Source of the DNA: an uncultured Candidatus Saccharibacteria bacterium
GTDB lineage: Bacteria; Patescibacteriota; Minisyncoccia; Phycocordibacterales; UBA9973
Direction of reading: 5' to 3'
DNA length: 43,503 bases
Assembly: GCA_964631935.1 (NCBI GenBank)
Contig: CAZWAV010000001.1
Location: forward strand, 70,979-114,481
Positions within the stretch are counted from its first letter, which is position 1. Every line of letters begins with the position of its first letter. The notes beneath the pieces are model-generated. The model made no database searches. It was given only the letters and a program-made list of their open reading frames with translations, and was not told the DNA's origin. The position numbers and the translations under genes were made by a program. Of this stretch, positions 24,625-33,443 are shown in pieces.

Positions 24625-26004
24625 ATGACTAAACGTTCTGTGGCTTCAAAGAAGCTCTGGAAGATCGGTGCGAAGGAGTTCAACACGCAATATTTCGATT
24701 TCAATAAAGATGGTGACCTTATTATCAAAGAAGGCCACAATATTTACAATGTCCGCTACATGGCCGAGAAGTTCGGTACATCGCTTGAGATTCTTTTACC
24801 GTTCGTCATTGAGGAGCGTATTGAGGATTTCCTAGACCTTGTGAAGGACCTCTCAAAGAAGACTGGATACTTGGGTAAATTCTTCTACCATTACCCGATG
24901 AAGGTGAATCAGAATAAGGAAGTGGTTATGGCCCTTGTTGGTGAAGGGGCTCATCTGGAGACTTCTTCCTATAACGATCTTTGGCTTGTGAAGAAAATGC
25001 TTGAGCAGGAAACATTTAATCCGAACATCCGTATTCTTTGTTCTGGTCCAAAGACAGACAAATATATTTCTCTTATAGACGATCTTCAGCACAAGGGTGT
25101 GAAGATTTTTCCCCTTATCGAGGGCCCAAACGAATTGAAGTTTCTGCAGTATTCAAAATACGACGTCGGTATAAGGCTTGATATGCCGATCAAAGCAAGC
25201 TCATATTGGAACAAGCCAATTGATCGCTTCGGATTCTCCTCGAAAGAAATTTTAAATATGGGTTCATTTAAGAACCTCAAAATTCTTCACTATCATATAG
25301 GTTCACAAATTGAGAAGCTCTCAGATGTTCTTGGTCCTATCAAATATGCGCTTGATATTTATTTCAAATTAAAAGAAAAGAATCCATCACTTGATACTAT
25401 AGATATCGGAGGTGGTATGCCAATTCCGTATACTCGCAATAAGAGCTATCCAGTGGATAAATTAATGGAGAAAGTGTTCAAGCTTATAAAAACTGAATCC
25501 GAGAAAAGAGGTCTTCCGCACCCAAACCTTATTTGTGAATGGGGTCGCTACATCGTCGCCCCTGCGCAGATTACAGTATTCAAGATTATTGATACAAAAG
25601 CTATTGCCAACAAGAAAGCACCAGCGAAGAAATGGTATGTTATCGATGGAAGTTTTATGAATGATTTGCTAGATACATGGGCAATAGGTCAGAAATGGGC
25701 GATATCACCAGCCAACAATAAGCATGATGCTAATCTAAATGAAATATGGCTAGCTGGATCTAGTTGTGACTCTGATGATATCTACACAGGTGTACACGGC
25801 ACAGTAACTCTTCCAGATTATGACAGTGCAAGTGGTGAACCAATGTACATCGTCGTCTACGATACTGGTGCATATCAGGATCCACTTGCGGCGCATCACT
25901 GCATGCTCTCATCCCCACTTAAACTTATCGCTGAGAATGGGCACATAGTTGTCGCTCGTAAGCGTGAATCCCCTGATGATGTAGGCAAGAATTTCGGTTG
26001 GTAA
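24625..26004 (+). CDS. speA: PLP-dependent (alanine-racemase-fold) decarboxylase, SpeA-like arginine decarboxylase
   Basis: The Y-P-M-K-V-N-Q PLP-lysine block is the SpeA-type variant (YPIKVNQ), not the ODC/DapDC type YAVKAN. Also IDIGGGMPIPY, CEWGRYIVAP and GSSCDSDD. Agmatinase lies nearby. Confidence 0.75.
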   Translation: MTKRSVASKKLWKIGAKEFNTQYFDFNKDGDLIIKEGHNIYNVRYMAEKFGTSLEILLPFVIEERIEDFLDLVKDLSKKTGYLGKFFYHYPMKVNQNKEVVMALVGEGAHLETSSYNDLWLVKKMLEQETFNPNIRILCSGPKTDKYISLIDDLQHKGVKIFPLIEGPNELKFLQYSKYDVGIRLDMPIKASSYWNKPIDRFGFSSKEILNMGSFKNLKILHYHIGSQIEKLSDVLGPIKYALDIYFKLKEKNPSLDTIDIGGGMPIPYTRNKSYPVDKLMEKVFKLIKTESEKRGLPHPNLICEWGRYIVAPAQITVFKIIDTKAIANKKAPAKKWYVIDGSFMNDLLDTWAIGQKWAISPANNKHDANLNEIWLAGSSCDSDDIYTGVHGTVTLPDYDSASGEPMYIVVYDTGAYQDPLAAHHCMLSSPLKLIAENGHIVVARKRESPDDVGKNFGW

Positions 26005-26129
26005 GCGAAGCAAATTATTTTATGAAAAAATGTCTGGCCGAGCTTCCAAAAGAATTTGGCGAGGAGATCCGAGGACTTTTTTCAGAATATAATTTGGGAA
26101 GCTTTTATTATAAATGATACAATAAACTT

Positions 26130-27149
26130 ATGGATAAAAATTTACACACACTAGAATTTATATTAAAGAATTACAAGAACTTCAATTCACGTGCGACTCG
26201 TGATGCTACTATTGCATATTGGAAACATATTGAGAAAGGAGGCAAGATGTTCTGGGCAGTAGCAGGAGCTATGTCTTCAGCACAGCTTGGCATAACTCTT
26301 GCTCCCGCAATTAGAAATGGTCTTATTTCTGGAATGTCTGTGACTGGTGCGAATCTTGAGGAATCACTTTTCCGATTAGTCGCTCATGATAGTTATAAAG
26401 ATTTTCCAGATTATAGATATTTTACAAAAGATGATGATACAAAAATTCTTGAAAATCGTATGCGTCGTGTTACTGATACAAGTATTCCTGAAGATGAAGC
26501 TTTCCGTGCGGTAGAGAAGCATATCGTTCCTGTGTGGAAGAAAGCTACAGAAGATGGTACTCGCAAATTCTGGCATGAATATTTCTATGATTTAATTCAA
26601 GCCATAGATAAAGATAAGCACGAAGGCAAGGCTGAAGAGTGCTGGCTACTTGCGGCAGCAGAGAATAATATCCCAATTGTTGTACCTGGATACGAAGATT
26701 CTACATTTGGAAATATCTTTGCTTCACATGTGAAGATGGGTGATGCAAGCGCATCTATAGCAAAGTCTGGTATCGAATACATGGGAGCATTCTATGATCA
26801 ATATCAAGAGCTCTCAAAAGGAGAGGGAATTGGATTCTTCCAGATTGGTGGAGGTATAGCTGGAGATTTCCCGATATGTGTCGTGCCTTCTCTTAAATAT
26901 GATATGGAGCAGGAGGCTAAGCCATGGGCTTACTTCTGTCAGATATCTGACTCAACTACTTCTTATGGATCATACTCTGGAGCGACACCTAACGAGAAGA
27001 TTACTTGGGATAAACTCACAAAAGATACACCAATGTTCGTCGTCGAATCCGATGCAACAATCGTAGTACCTCTTATGCTTACTGCTCTTATGGAATGCAA
27101 AGCAAACCCTAGTGAAGCAAACAAATTGATTGAAAAATATTTAGCTTAA
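26130..27149 (+). CDS. Deoxyhypusine synthase-like protein (bacterial DHS homologue; possible homospermidine-forming enzyme)
   Basis: SVTGANLEESLFRLV, VVPGYEDSTFGN, FQIGGGIAGDF, and YSGATPNEKITWDKL (equivalent to the DHS E-A-V-S-W-G-K catalytic-lysine block). Confidence 0.8.
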   Translation: MDKNLHTLEFILKNYKNFNSRATRDATIAYWKHIEKGGKMFWAVAGAMSSAQLGITLAPAIRNGLISGMSVTGANLEESLFRLVAHDSYKDFPDYRYFTKDDDTKILENRMRRVTDTSIPEDEAFRAVEKHIVPVWKKATEDGTRKFWHEYFYDLIQAIDKDKHEGKAEECWLLAAAENNIPIVVPGYEDSTFGNIFASHVKMGDASASIAKSGIEYMGAFYDQYQELSKGEGIGFFQIGGGIAGDFPICVVPSLKYDMEQEAKPWAYFCQISDSTTSYGSYSGATPNEKITWDKLTKDTPMFVVESDATIVVPLMLTALMECKANPSEANKLIEKYLA

Positions 27150-27152
27150 ATT

Positions 27153-27179
27153 AAAAATCCCGCATAGTGCGGGATTTTT
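27153..27179. terminator. Bidirectional hairpin terminator between convergent genes
   Basis: aaaaatcccgca / tag / tgcgggattttt. Confidence 0.85.
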
Positions 27180-27181
27180 AA

Positions 27182-28069
27182 TTATTTTAGTTTGTCTTTA
27201 AATTTATTAGCAATTATAGAATAGCAAAGTTGTGCTGCCCCGTATTCAGTAAGCACTGAATCTTTCATTGGTGAGACTTCTACAATATCTGCACCTATAA
27301 GATTTTTTTCCTTTACTATTTTTGTTATAAGTTCCATACCATACCACCACTCAAGTCCTCCTTGCACAGGTGTACCGGTTCCTGGCATATGTGCCGGGTC
27401 AAAGCCATCTACGTCTATCGTTATGTAGACATTTTTTGTAGTTATTGATTTAAGTATCTCATCTATCGTTGGAACTTTAGCTTTTCCCCATTCAAATACT
27501 GTTATGTTGTTCTTCGGGTCGCTAAAGTATTTATACTCATCTATTGAATATGTACGGATACCGACTTGGACTAGTTTATAGCCAAGCTCATTACCTCGAT
27601 GAAGTACACAAGAGTGTGCATATTTTGATGGGTGAGAGCTATAGTCGCCATCAGTATCACGAAGATCACAGTGAGCGTCTATTTGAACTATAGTAGTATC
27701 TTTAGGGTTATTATGTTTAGCTAGCGCTTGGAATAAGCCTAACGACACAGAATGTTCTCCACCTAGAAGAAATACAAACTTACCCTTAGCTACTAACTTC
27801 TCACATTCATCAGTAATTTTCTTTAATGCCTTCTCTGGAGTAAGGCTACTTATTTTACCTAAATCTTTCTGGCTTATTTTTACAAATTTATTAACTTCTT
27901 TCTTGTATTCACGATCGAAGAATTCAAGTTTTGTATCAAGGCATTTTAGTATCGCTTTTGGCCCATGAACTGTACCTTTCCGAGATGATGCAGTTTTTTC
28001 GTAAGAAGCACTAACAATCACTACATCAGCGTTTTCAGGTTTCTTTTCATTTAAAATTGAATTTATCAT
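27182..28069 (-). CDS. speB: Agmatinase (ureohydrolase/arginase family)
   Basis: Mn-binding blocks LGGEHSVSLG, QIDAHCDLRD and ITIDVDGFDPAHMPGTGTPVQGGL. Confidence 0.85.
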   Translation of the reverse strand: MINSILNEKKPENADVVIVSASYEKTASSRKGTVHGPKAILKCLDTKLEFFDREYKKEVNKFVKISQKDLGKISSLTPEKALKKITDECEKLVAKGKFVFLLGGEHSVSLGLFQALAKHNNPKDTTIVQIDAHCDLRDTDGDYSSHPSKYAHSCVLHRGNELGYKLVQVGIRTYSIDEYKYFSDPKNNITVFEWGKAKVPTIDEILKSITTKNVYITIDVDGFDPAHMPGTGTPVQGGLEWWYGMELITKIVKEKNLIGADIVEVSPMKDSVLTEYGAAQLCYSIIANKFKDKLK

Positions 28070-28144
28070 ATGTTCGTATATTACGAAAAATATGACAATA
28101 TTGCAACGATTATGTTATAATAATCCTATCCCATTTAACTTTTT

Positions 28145-29059
28145 ATGATACCCGAATTTCCACAGTTCAAAAAAATTGAATTATCTGATAGAGAAGAAAT
28201 AAATAAATTTACCAAATCCTACCCACCATATTCGGATTTTAACTTTGTCAGCATGTGGTCCTGGGATATAAAAGGAGAAATGCAGATCTCACAATTAAAT
28301 AATAACCTTGTTGTCAAATTCACTGATTACATCACAGGAGACTATTTCTACTCGTTCCTAGGTAATAATAAGCCCAATGAGACAGTAGAGTCACTTCTTG
28401 ATTTATCAGACAAAGAAGGTTTTATAACTGAACTTAAGCTAATACCTGAAGACTCTATAAAAGGTATTGATACAAAGAAATTCAATATAAAAGAAAACAG
28501 AGATCATTTTGACTATATTTTAGATTTAAACCACTTATCTACTTATGCACATTCGAAATTAAGGGGCCATGCTAGCTTCCATCGACGTTTCCTGGATGAG
28601 CATAGTAATTTTTTATCGAGTAAAGTTCTTGATTTGAAAGATGAAGATACTAGAAATCAAATAGTTAATCTAACCAAGATATGGATGCAGAATAAAGTGA
28701 GCGAACAAAAGGATTTTCTGCCGAAACTTGAAGATGTTATCCACAAGTATTTTATGCAAGAAAGCTTCAATAATAAAAATTTCATTTCAGTAGGTATTTT
28801 CCATGATAATAAAATGATAGCTTTTACAATAAACGAATTAGAAGAAGGGGATTTCTCCGTTTGTCATTTCATGAAAGCAAATAGTGCTTTTAAGGGTATA
28901 TATTCTTATTTGGTTAGTGAAACTAGTAAGGTTCTACTTTCAAAAGGCAAAAAATATATAAATTTTGAACAAGATCTAGGGTTAAGTAATCTTAGGCAAT
29001 CCAAAAAGACCTATTACCCTATAGATTTTTTAAAGAAATTTAACATTAGTAAGAAATAG
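28145..29059 (+). CDS. Stand-alone DUF2156 protein (MprF C-terminal, FemX/GNAT-like aminoacyl-transferase fold)
   Basis: SDFNFVSMWSWD..., NRDHFDYILDLNHLST..SKLRGHASFHRRF, INFEQDLGLSNLRQSKKTYYPIDFLKKF: the order and wording of blocks I associate with DUF2156. Confidence 0.6.
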   Translation: MIPEFPQFKKIELSDREEINKFTKSYPPYSDFNFVSMWSWDIKGEMQISQLNNNLVVKFTDYITGDYFYSFLGNNKPNETVESLLDLSDKEGFITELKLIPEDSIKGIDTKKFNIKENRDHFDYILDLNHLSTYAHSKLRGHASFHRRFLDEHSNFLSSKVLDLKDEDTRNQIVNLTKIWMQNKVSEQKDFLPKLEDVIHKYFMQESFNNKNFISVGIFHDNKMIAFTINELEEGDFSVCHFMKANSAFKGIYSYLVSETSKVLLSKGKKYINFEQDLGLSNLRQSKKTYYPIDFLKKFNISKK

Positions 29060-29076
29060 TTTGCTAATTATATTTG

Positions 29077-29085
29077 TGATATAAT
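29077..29085 (+). promoter_or_regulatory. Extended -10 promoter (TGaTATAAT) for the membrane protein / small protein / kinase operon
   Basis: tgtgatataat. The surrounding 16-mer tatttgtgatataata is identical to 614..629. Confidence 0.4.
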
Positions 29086-29106
29086 ATACCAAGCATAAAT
29101 AATCAT

Positions 29107-29916
29107 ATGAAAAAAAAGATACTATACATTATTCCGATTGTCATACTTTTATTTTTTACTATTTGGTGGCTGCGTCTCCAGTATTTAGGTATCGACTCTA
29201 CTCGTGATCAGAGGCAATTATGGGGTGCTACATATCAGATACTCGCACTATACGGTGCGATAGTTGGTCTATTTATATCTCGTCAGTGGGGTGGGCATAG
29301 AAGTCTTATTGGTAAGACAATACTTGCTTTCTCTATAGGCCTTTTCCTTCAATCATTTGGTCAGACATATAGTAGTTACTATGTTTTTGCCTATAAAGTA
29401 GAATCTCCTATCTATCCTGGTATAGGCGACATAGGATTTTTCGGAAGCGTACTTTCTTATATATATGGAGTGTTACTATTAGCAAAAGCTGGTGGTATCA
29501 AAACCCCACTTAAAAAGGTTAGAAATAAGTTATGGGCTATTGCTATACCTGCCCTTATACTTACTTCTTCTTACTTATTCTTCTTGCAAGGTTATGAATT
29601 TGATTGGACAAATAGAGTTAAGATTTTCTTAGATTTCGGATATCCATTCGGCCAGGCTCTATATGTATCTATTGCTATTTTGTCTTTACTCATGTCTGCA
29701 AACATCTTAGGAGGTATGATGAAGAGACCCATATGGTTCCTTATCTTCGCACTCCTATTCCAGTATTTTGGAGATTTCTTCTTTTTGTATGAAGCTAATC
29801 AAGGAAGTTGGTATGTCGGCAACATAAATGATTACATATACTGTGCATCATATTTCATTATGACAATGGCAATTTTATATATGGGTATTATATTTAATAG
29901 GATACAAAAATCTTAA
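29107..29916 (+). CDS. Polytopic integral membrane protein (about 7-8 TM helices), unknown function
   Basis: Alternating long hydrophobic stretches throughout. No soluble domain. First gene of a tight three-gene operon. Confidence 0.7.
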   Translation: MKKKILYIIPIVILLFFTIWWLRLQYLGIDSTRDQRQLWGATYQILALYGAIVGLFISRQWGGHRSLIGKTILAFSIGLFLQSFGQTYSSYYVFAYKVESPIYPGIGDIGFFGSVLSYIYGVLLLAKAGGIKTPLKKVRNKLWAIAIPALILTSSYLFFLQGYEFDWTNRVKIFLDFGYPFGQALYVSIAILSLLMSANILGGMMKRPIWFLIFALLFQYFGDFFFLYEANQGSWYVGNINDYIYCASYFIMTMAILYMGIIFNRIQKS

Positions 29917-29919
29917 TTT

Positions 29920-30225
29920 ATGATAGCTACTATATTACCAAATATGAATATTTTTGATCAAATATCAGTAAAAATAATCCAAGAACAAGAGCTAATCATA
30001 GGCCCTGTGGCTTGGGAGGAGGCAAAGAAAGTGCCAGGATTTCATGTGATTGATCAGAAAAAAGGAGAAGTTTCTTTTGATGGAGATGGCAAGGAAGTTC
30101 TTAATTCGCTTGTTGCTCAATATGCAAGACTTTTCGGGAAAGCATCAAATGAAGTTTGTAAAGAAGCAGCTCATGATTTAATTGCCGGATTATCACCAGA
30201 CCAAATACCGTCTAGCCTAAAGTAA
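29920..30225 (+). CDS. Small soluble hypothetical protein (101 aa)
   Basis: Starts 3 nt after the upstream stop and ends 1 nt before the kinase start. I recognised no family. Confidence 0.55.
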   Translation: MIATILPNMNIFDQISVKIIQEQELIIGPVAWEEAKKVPGFHVIDQKKGEVSFDGDGKEVLNSLVAQYARLFGKASNEVCKEAAHDLIAGLSPDQIPSSLK

Positions 30226-30226
30226 T

Positions 30227-31081
30227 ATGTCAGATACACAATCAACCAACGATACAACTCCAGAAGAGTTTCAAAAGGCTACTGAAGAGCTATATAAGAA
30301 AAACCTAGAGTTAGTCCATCTAAATAAAGAAGTTGAAAGACTTAATGGCGAGCTAGAAGGTGCCAATGATAAATTAAAATCTCTTGATAAATTAAAGACA
30401 GAGTTTCTTTCTCTTGCCTCACACCAGCTAAGATCGCCACTTACTGCTATTAAGGGTTACACTTCCATGGTTCTTGAGGGTGATTTTGGTGAAGTAAACC
30501 CGAAAGCTAAAGAGGCCATTGACCGTGTTTTTCAATCAAGCCAGAATCTAACTAAAGTTGTAGAGGATTTACTAAATGTATCAAAAATAGAACAAGGTGG
30601 AATGAAATATGAGATGGCACCATTTAGTCTTGTTGAAGTAGCTGGTGACATGGCAAAAGATCTATCTATTACAGCAGAGAAGAGAGGCCTCAAATTAACT
30701 TTCGAATCTGACAATGATCTAGATTGCATGGTAAATGGTGATAAAGAAAAAATTCGCCAAGTTGTATTAAACTTTATCGATAACTCTATTAAATATACAA
30801 AAGAGGGAATTATTGCAGTGTCCGTTAGAAAAGTAGGTGACAAAGTTATCTTTGCAGTTAAAGATACAGGCATGGGTATGACTCCAGAAATCAAAGCGAC
30901 ACTATTCCAGAAATTTGCTCGTGGAGAAGGCGCTAGGATGAACACTAGCGGATCAGGCTTAGGGCTTTACCTAGCGAAAGAAATTATTGAAGCCCATAAA
31001 GGAACGGTTAATGTAGATTCAGAAGGACCTGGCAAAGGTTCAACATTTTCTTTCTCTCTAGATATTCTAAAACAGCAATAA
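30227..31081 (+). CDS. Soluble sensor histidine kinase (coiled coil, HisKA and HATPase_c; no TM or sensor domain)
   Basis: H box FLSLASHQLRSPLTAIKGY, N box VVLNFIDNSIKYT, G1 DTGMGM, G2 GSGLGLYLAKEI. The N-terminal 50 aa are a coiled coil. Confidence 0.9.
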   Translation: MSDTQSTNDTTPEEFQKATEELYKKNLELVHLNKEVERLNGELEGANDKLKSLDKLKTEFLSLASHQLRSPLTAIKGYTSMVLEGDFGEVNPKAKEAIDRVFQSSQNLTKVVEDLLNVSKIEQGGMKYEMAPFSLVEVAGDMAKDLSITAEKRGLKLTFESDNDLDCMVNGDKEKIRQVVLNFIDNSIKYTKEGIIAVSVRKVGDKVIFAVKDTGMGMTPEIKATLFQKFARGEGARMNTSGSGLGLYLAKEIIEAHKGTVNVDSEGPGKGSTFSFSLDILKQQ

Positions 31082-31082
31082 T

Positions 31083-32438
31083 TTAGATTTTTGATACCTT
31101 GTAACCACTATCTACGTCTTTAATCTCGTAACCTAAATCTCTAATACTGTCTCGCAATTCATCACTTTTCGCCCAATCTTTATTGTCGCGTGCCTTAGAT
31201 CTATCTTCGGCTAAATTTTTTATATTATCGGGTATAATATCTTCTTTTATATTTTCAAACCCAAACCCAAATACCTTATCGAAATCAAGCATTGTTGTAC
31301 GTTTATCTCTATTTAGTATTTCTGGATCACGCACTAGGTCAAATAAAAGTGCTAAAGCTTTTGGTGTATCTAAATCATCATCCATATATGATATGAGTTT
31401 ATCTTTGTATTCTTTATTTACTTCGCCATTATCTTCTCCTAAAGACAAAAAGCTCTCATATAGTCTCTTTAGTGCTGTTTTACTAGCATTCACGGCATCT
31501 AGTGTAAAGTTTGTTTTAGTTCGATAGTGGGCAGTATAGAGCCATAGGCGGAAGTCTACAGGATTAATATCCTCTTCTATTAAGTCACGAAGGGTGTAAA
31601 AATTCCCAGCAGATTTTGCCATCTTTCTACCGTCTACCATCAAATGCTCATTGTGTATCCAGTATTTAACAAAATCCTTACCAGTAGCGCACTCTGATTG
31701 AGCAATTTCATTTTCATGATGAGGGAATATTAAATCAACTCCACCAGTGTGAATATCAATATACTCTCCTAGGTTTGCAATACTCATTGCTGAGCATTCT
31801 ATATGCCAGCCTGGACGTCCTTTACCAAGTGAAGTTTCCCAAAATACATCCCCGTCATTAGCATCCCAAGATTTCCAAAGAGCAAAATCTTGAGCATTGT
31901 CTTTATCATATTCGTCTTTTTTTAATCTACCATCTGCGTTCTCTTTTAAATCATCAATATTAAAATGAGAAAGCTTGCCATAATTTTTGTCTTTATGGAT
32001 ATCAAAATATACTGAGCCGTCTTCTGTCTTGTATGCATAACCTTTCTCCATGAGAATCTCAACCATCTTTACCATCTCGTCTATATAGTCGGTGGCTTTG
32101 GTGTAAGTATCTGGAGCTATAATATTTAGCATATCTCTATCTTTGAAGAATTCCTCAGTGTAAAATTCTGTGAACTCTTTCAATGTTTTACCTTTTGCTT
32201 TTGAATCTCGTATAGTCTTATCATCTACATCAGTAATATTCATGACATGTTTAACATTAAAACCTTTGTATTTTAAGTATCTCTTTAACATGTCGGCAAA
32301 AACATAAGCTCTGTAGTTGCCTATGTGAGGATAATTATAAACAGTAGGCCCACAAGTATATAAACTTATAGAGTCTTTGTTTATAGGGTTGAATTTTTCT
32401 TTCTCGCGGGAGAGGGAATTAAATATTTCTAAATCCAT
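31083..32438 (-). CDS. cysS: Cysteine--tRNA ligase
   Basis: CGPTVYNYPHIGNYRAY (HIGH), GWHIECS, KMAKSAGN (KMSKS). Confidence 0.95.
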   Translation of the reverse strand: MDLEIFNSLSREKEKFNPINKDSISLYTCGPTVYNYPHIGNYRAYVFADMLKRYLKYKGFNVKHVMNITDVDDKTIRDSKAKGKTLKEFTEFYTEEFFKDRDMLNIIAPDTYTKATDYIDEMVKMVEILMEKGYAYKTEDGSVYFDIHKDKNYGKLSHFNIDDLKENADGRLKKDEYDKDNAQDFALWKSWDANDGDVFWETSLGKGRPGWHIECSAMSIANLGEYIDIHTGGVDLIFPHHENEIAQSECATGKDFVKYWIHNEHLMVDGRKMAKSAGNFYTLRDLIEEDINPVDFRLWLYTAHYRTKTNFTLDAVNASKTALKRLYESFLSLGEDNGEVNKEYKDKLISYMDDDLDTPKALALLFDLVRDPEILNRDKRTTMLDFDKVFGFGFENIKEDIIPDNIKNLAEDRSKARDNKDWAKSDELRDSIRDLGYEIKDVDSGYKVSKI

Positions 32439-33340
32439 TTTTTTAATTTAAAGTAAATAAAAGTAATGACACTTGTTAGCAACATAGCTCCAAGTATCAG
32501 ATATAGCTGAGCAGGTGTATTAATAAGAGAAAAGCTCGTGTTCATCATAAATACACTAGATATAACAGTAATAGGAGAAATAAGGAAAGTTATTATTGTT
32601 AAGATTTTCATTGTCTCATTAGTTTTACTTGCAAGCAATGAATCGTTAGTATCACGTAGGTCATCTAGGATTTCCTTGTGAGAATCTAGTATTGCTTGAG
32701 TTTTGTTGTACTCGCTAATAATAGCAGAAAGATAGTAGCCAAATTTTTCTCCAAAGAATTCTTTTGCTGCCATCTCAAATGAATTCAAGACCTCTTTATG
32801 GAAACGAAGAGCTTGTCTAAAATCAAGCAATGTACGATTAATATCTGATATAGTTGCAACCATTTTACTCTCTGTGCCTTCAAATATCTTCTTCTCCGTA
32901 TCTTTTAAGACAAGATTTATATCATTGAGTTGATATCTTGAATGGATGTAGAGTGTTTTTATAAGGTGAAAGAATAAGAAACCGGCATGATCTACGTCCA
33001 TTCTTTTTTCTAAAATAGCATCCACTTCAAAAGTCTTAGAGAATTCATGAAGCGAGTCTATGAATTCATAATGTGTAGTAATTATAAACTTATTTCCAAC
33101 AACGAAATCTATTTCTTGTTCGCTACTCTTTCTGTTTTTATGAGAAACTTGAGGGAAGTGTAATATAAGGTATATAAAGGTAGGATATAGGTCAATTTTA
33201 GATTGGAAGCTCTTTGTGTGCATCTCTTCACCCACAAGAACGGGGATAGAATACTCTTCCATGATATGAACCAATTCTTCCTCTGTTGGAGATTCAAGGT
33301 CAACCCAGGTGAGCCCTTTATAAGTGTACTTTGATATCAT
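32429..33340 (-). CDS. corA: CorA-family divalent cation transporter with a variant pore motif
   Basis: CorA-like length and layout: cytoplasmic domain then two C-terminal TM helices. The signature loop reads VFMMNTSF instead of YGMNF. Confidence 0.75.
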   Translation of the reverse strand: MISKYTYKGLTWVDLESPTEEELVHIMEEYSIPVLVGEEMHTKSFQSKIDLYPTFIYLILHFPQVSHKNRKSSEQEIDFVVGNKFIITTHYEFIDSLHEFSKTFEVDAILEKRMDVDHAGFLFFHLIKTLYIHSRYQLNDINLVLKDTEKKIFEGTESKMVATISDINRTLLDFRQALRFHKEVLNSFEMAAKEFFGEKFGYYLSAIISEYNKTQAILDSHKEILDDLRDTNDSLLASKTNETMKILTIITFLISPITVISSVFMMNTSFSLINTPAQLYLILGAMLLTSVITFIYFKLKKWI

Positions 33341-33362
33341 ATTCTATAGTATAACACCCGAC

Positions 33363-33391
33363 TTGCATATTTTGAAACTTTTGTGTATTAT
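33363..33391 (+). promoter_or_regulatory. Sigma70-like promoter for rplU
   Basis: TTGCAT, 17 nt, TATTAT, followed by a ~50-nt leader. Confidence 0.45.
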
Positions 33392-33443
33392 AAGCCCTGT
33401 GGAAATGGTCTTTTTTAGGACCTTTCTCTGGTACAGATAATAT

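Noticed and set aside
24546-25280. Minus-strand ORFs 24546-24740, 24853-25092 and 25086-25280.
   Set aside because: They are antisense to the SpeA-like decarboxylase.
26022-26117. 31-codon ORF (MKKCLAELPKEFGEEIRGLFSEYNLGSFYYK) in the spacer between the decarboxylase and the DHS-like gene.
   Set aside because: It fills the gap neatly but has no recognisable family, and its length is compatible with chance. I cannot support it without conservation or expression data.
30532-31527. ORFs 30532-30945 (minus) and 31183-31527 (plus).
   Set aside because: They are antisense to the histidine kinase and to cysS respectively.
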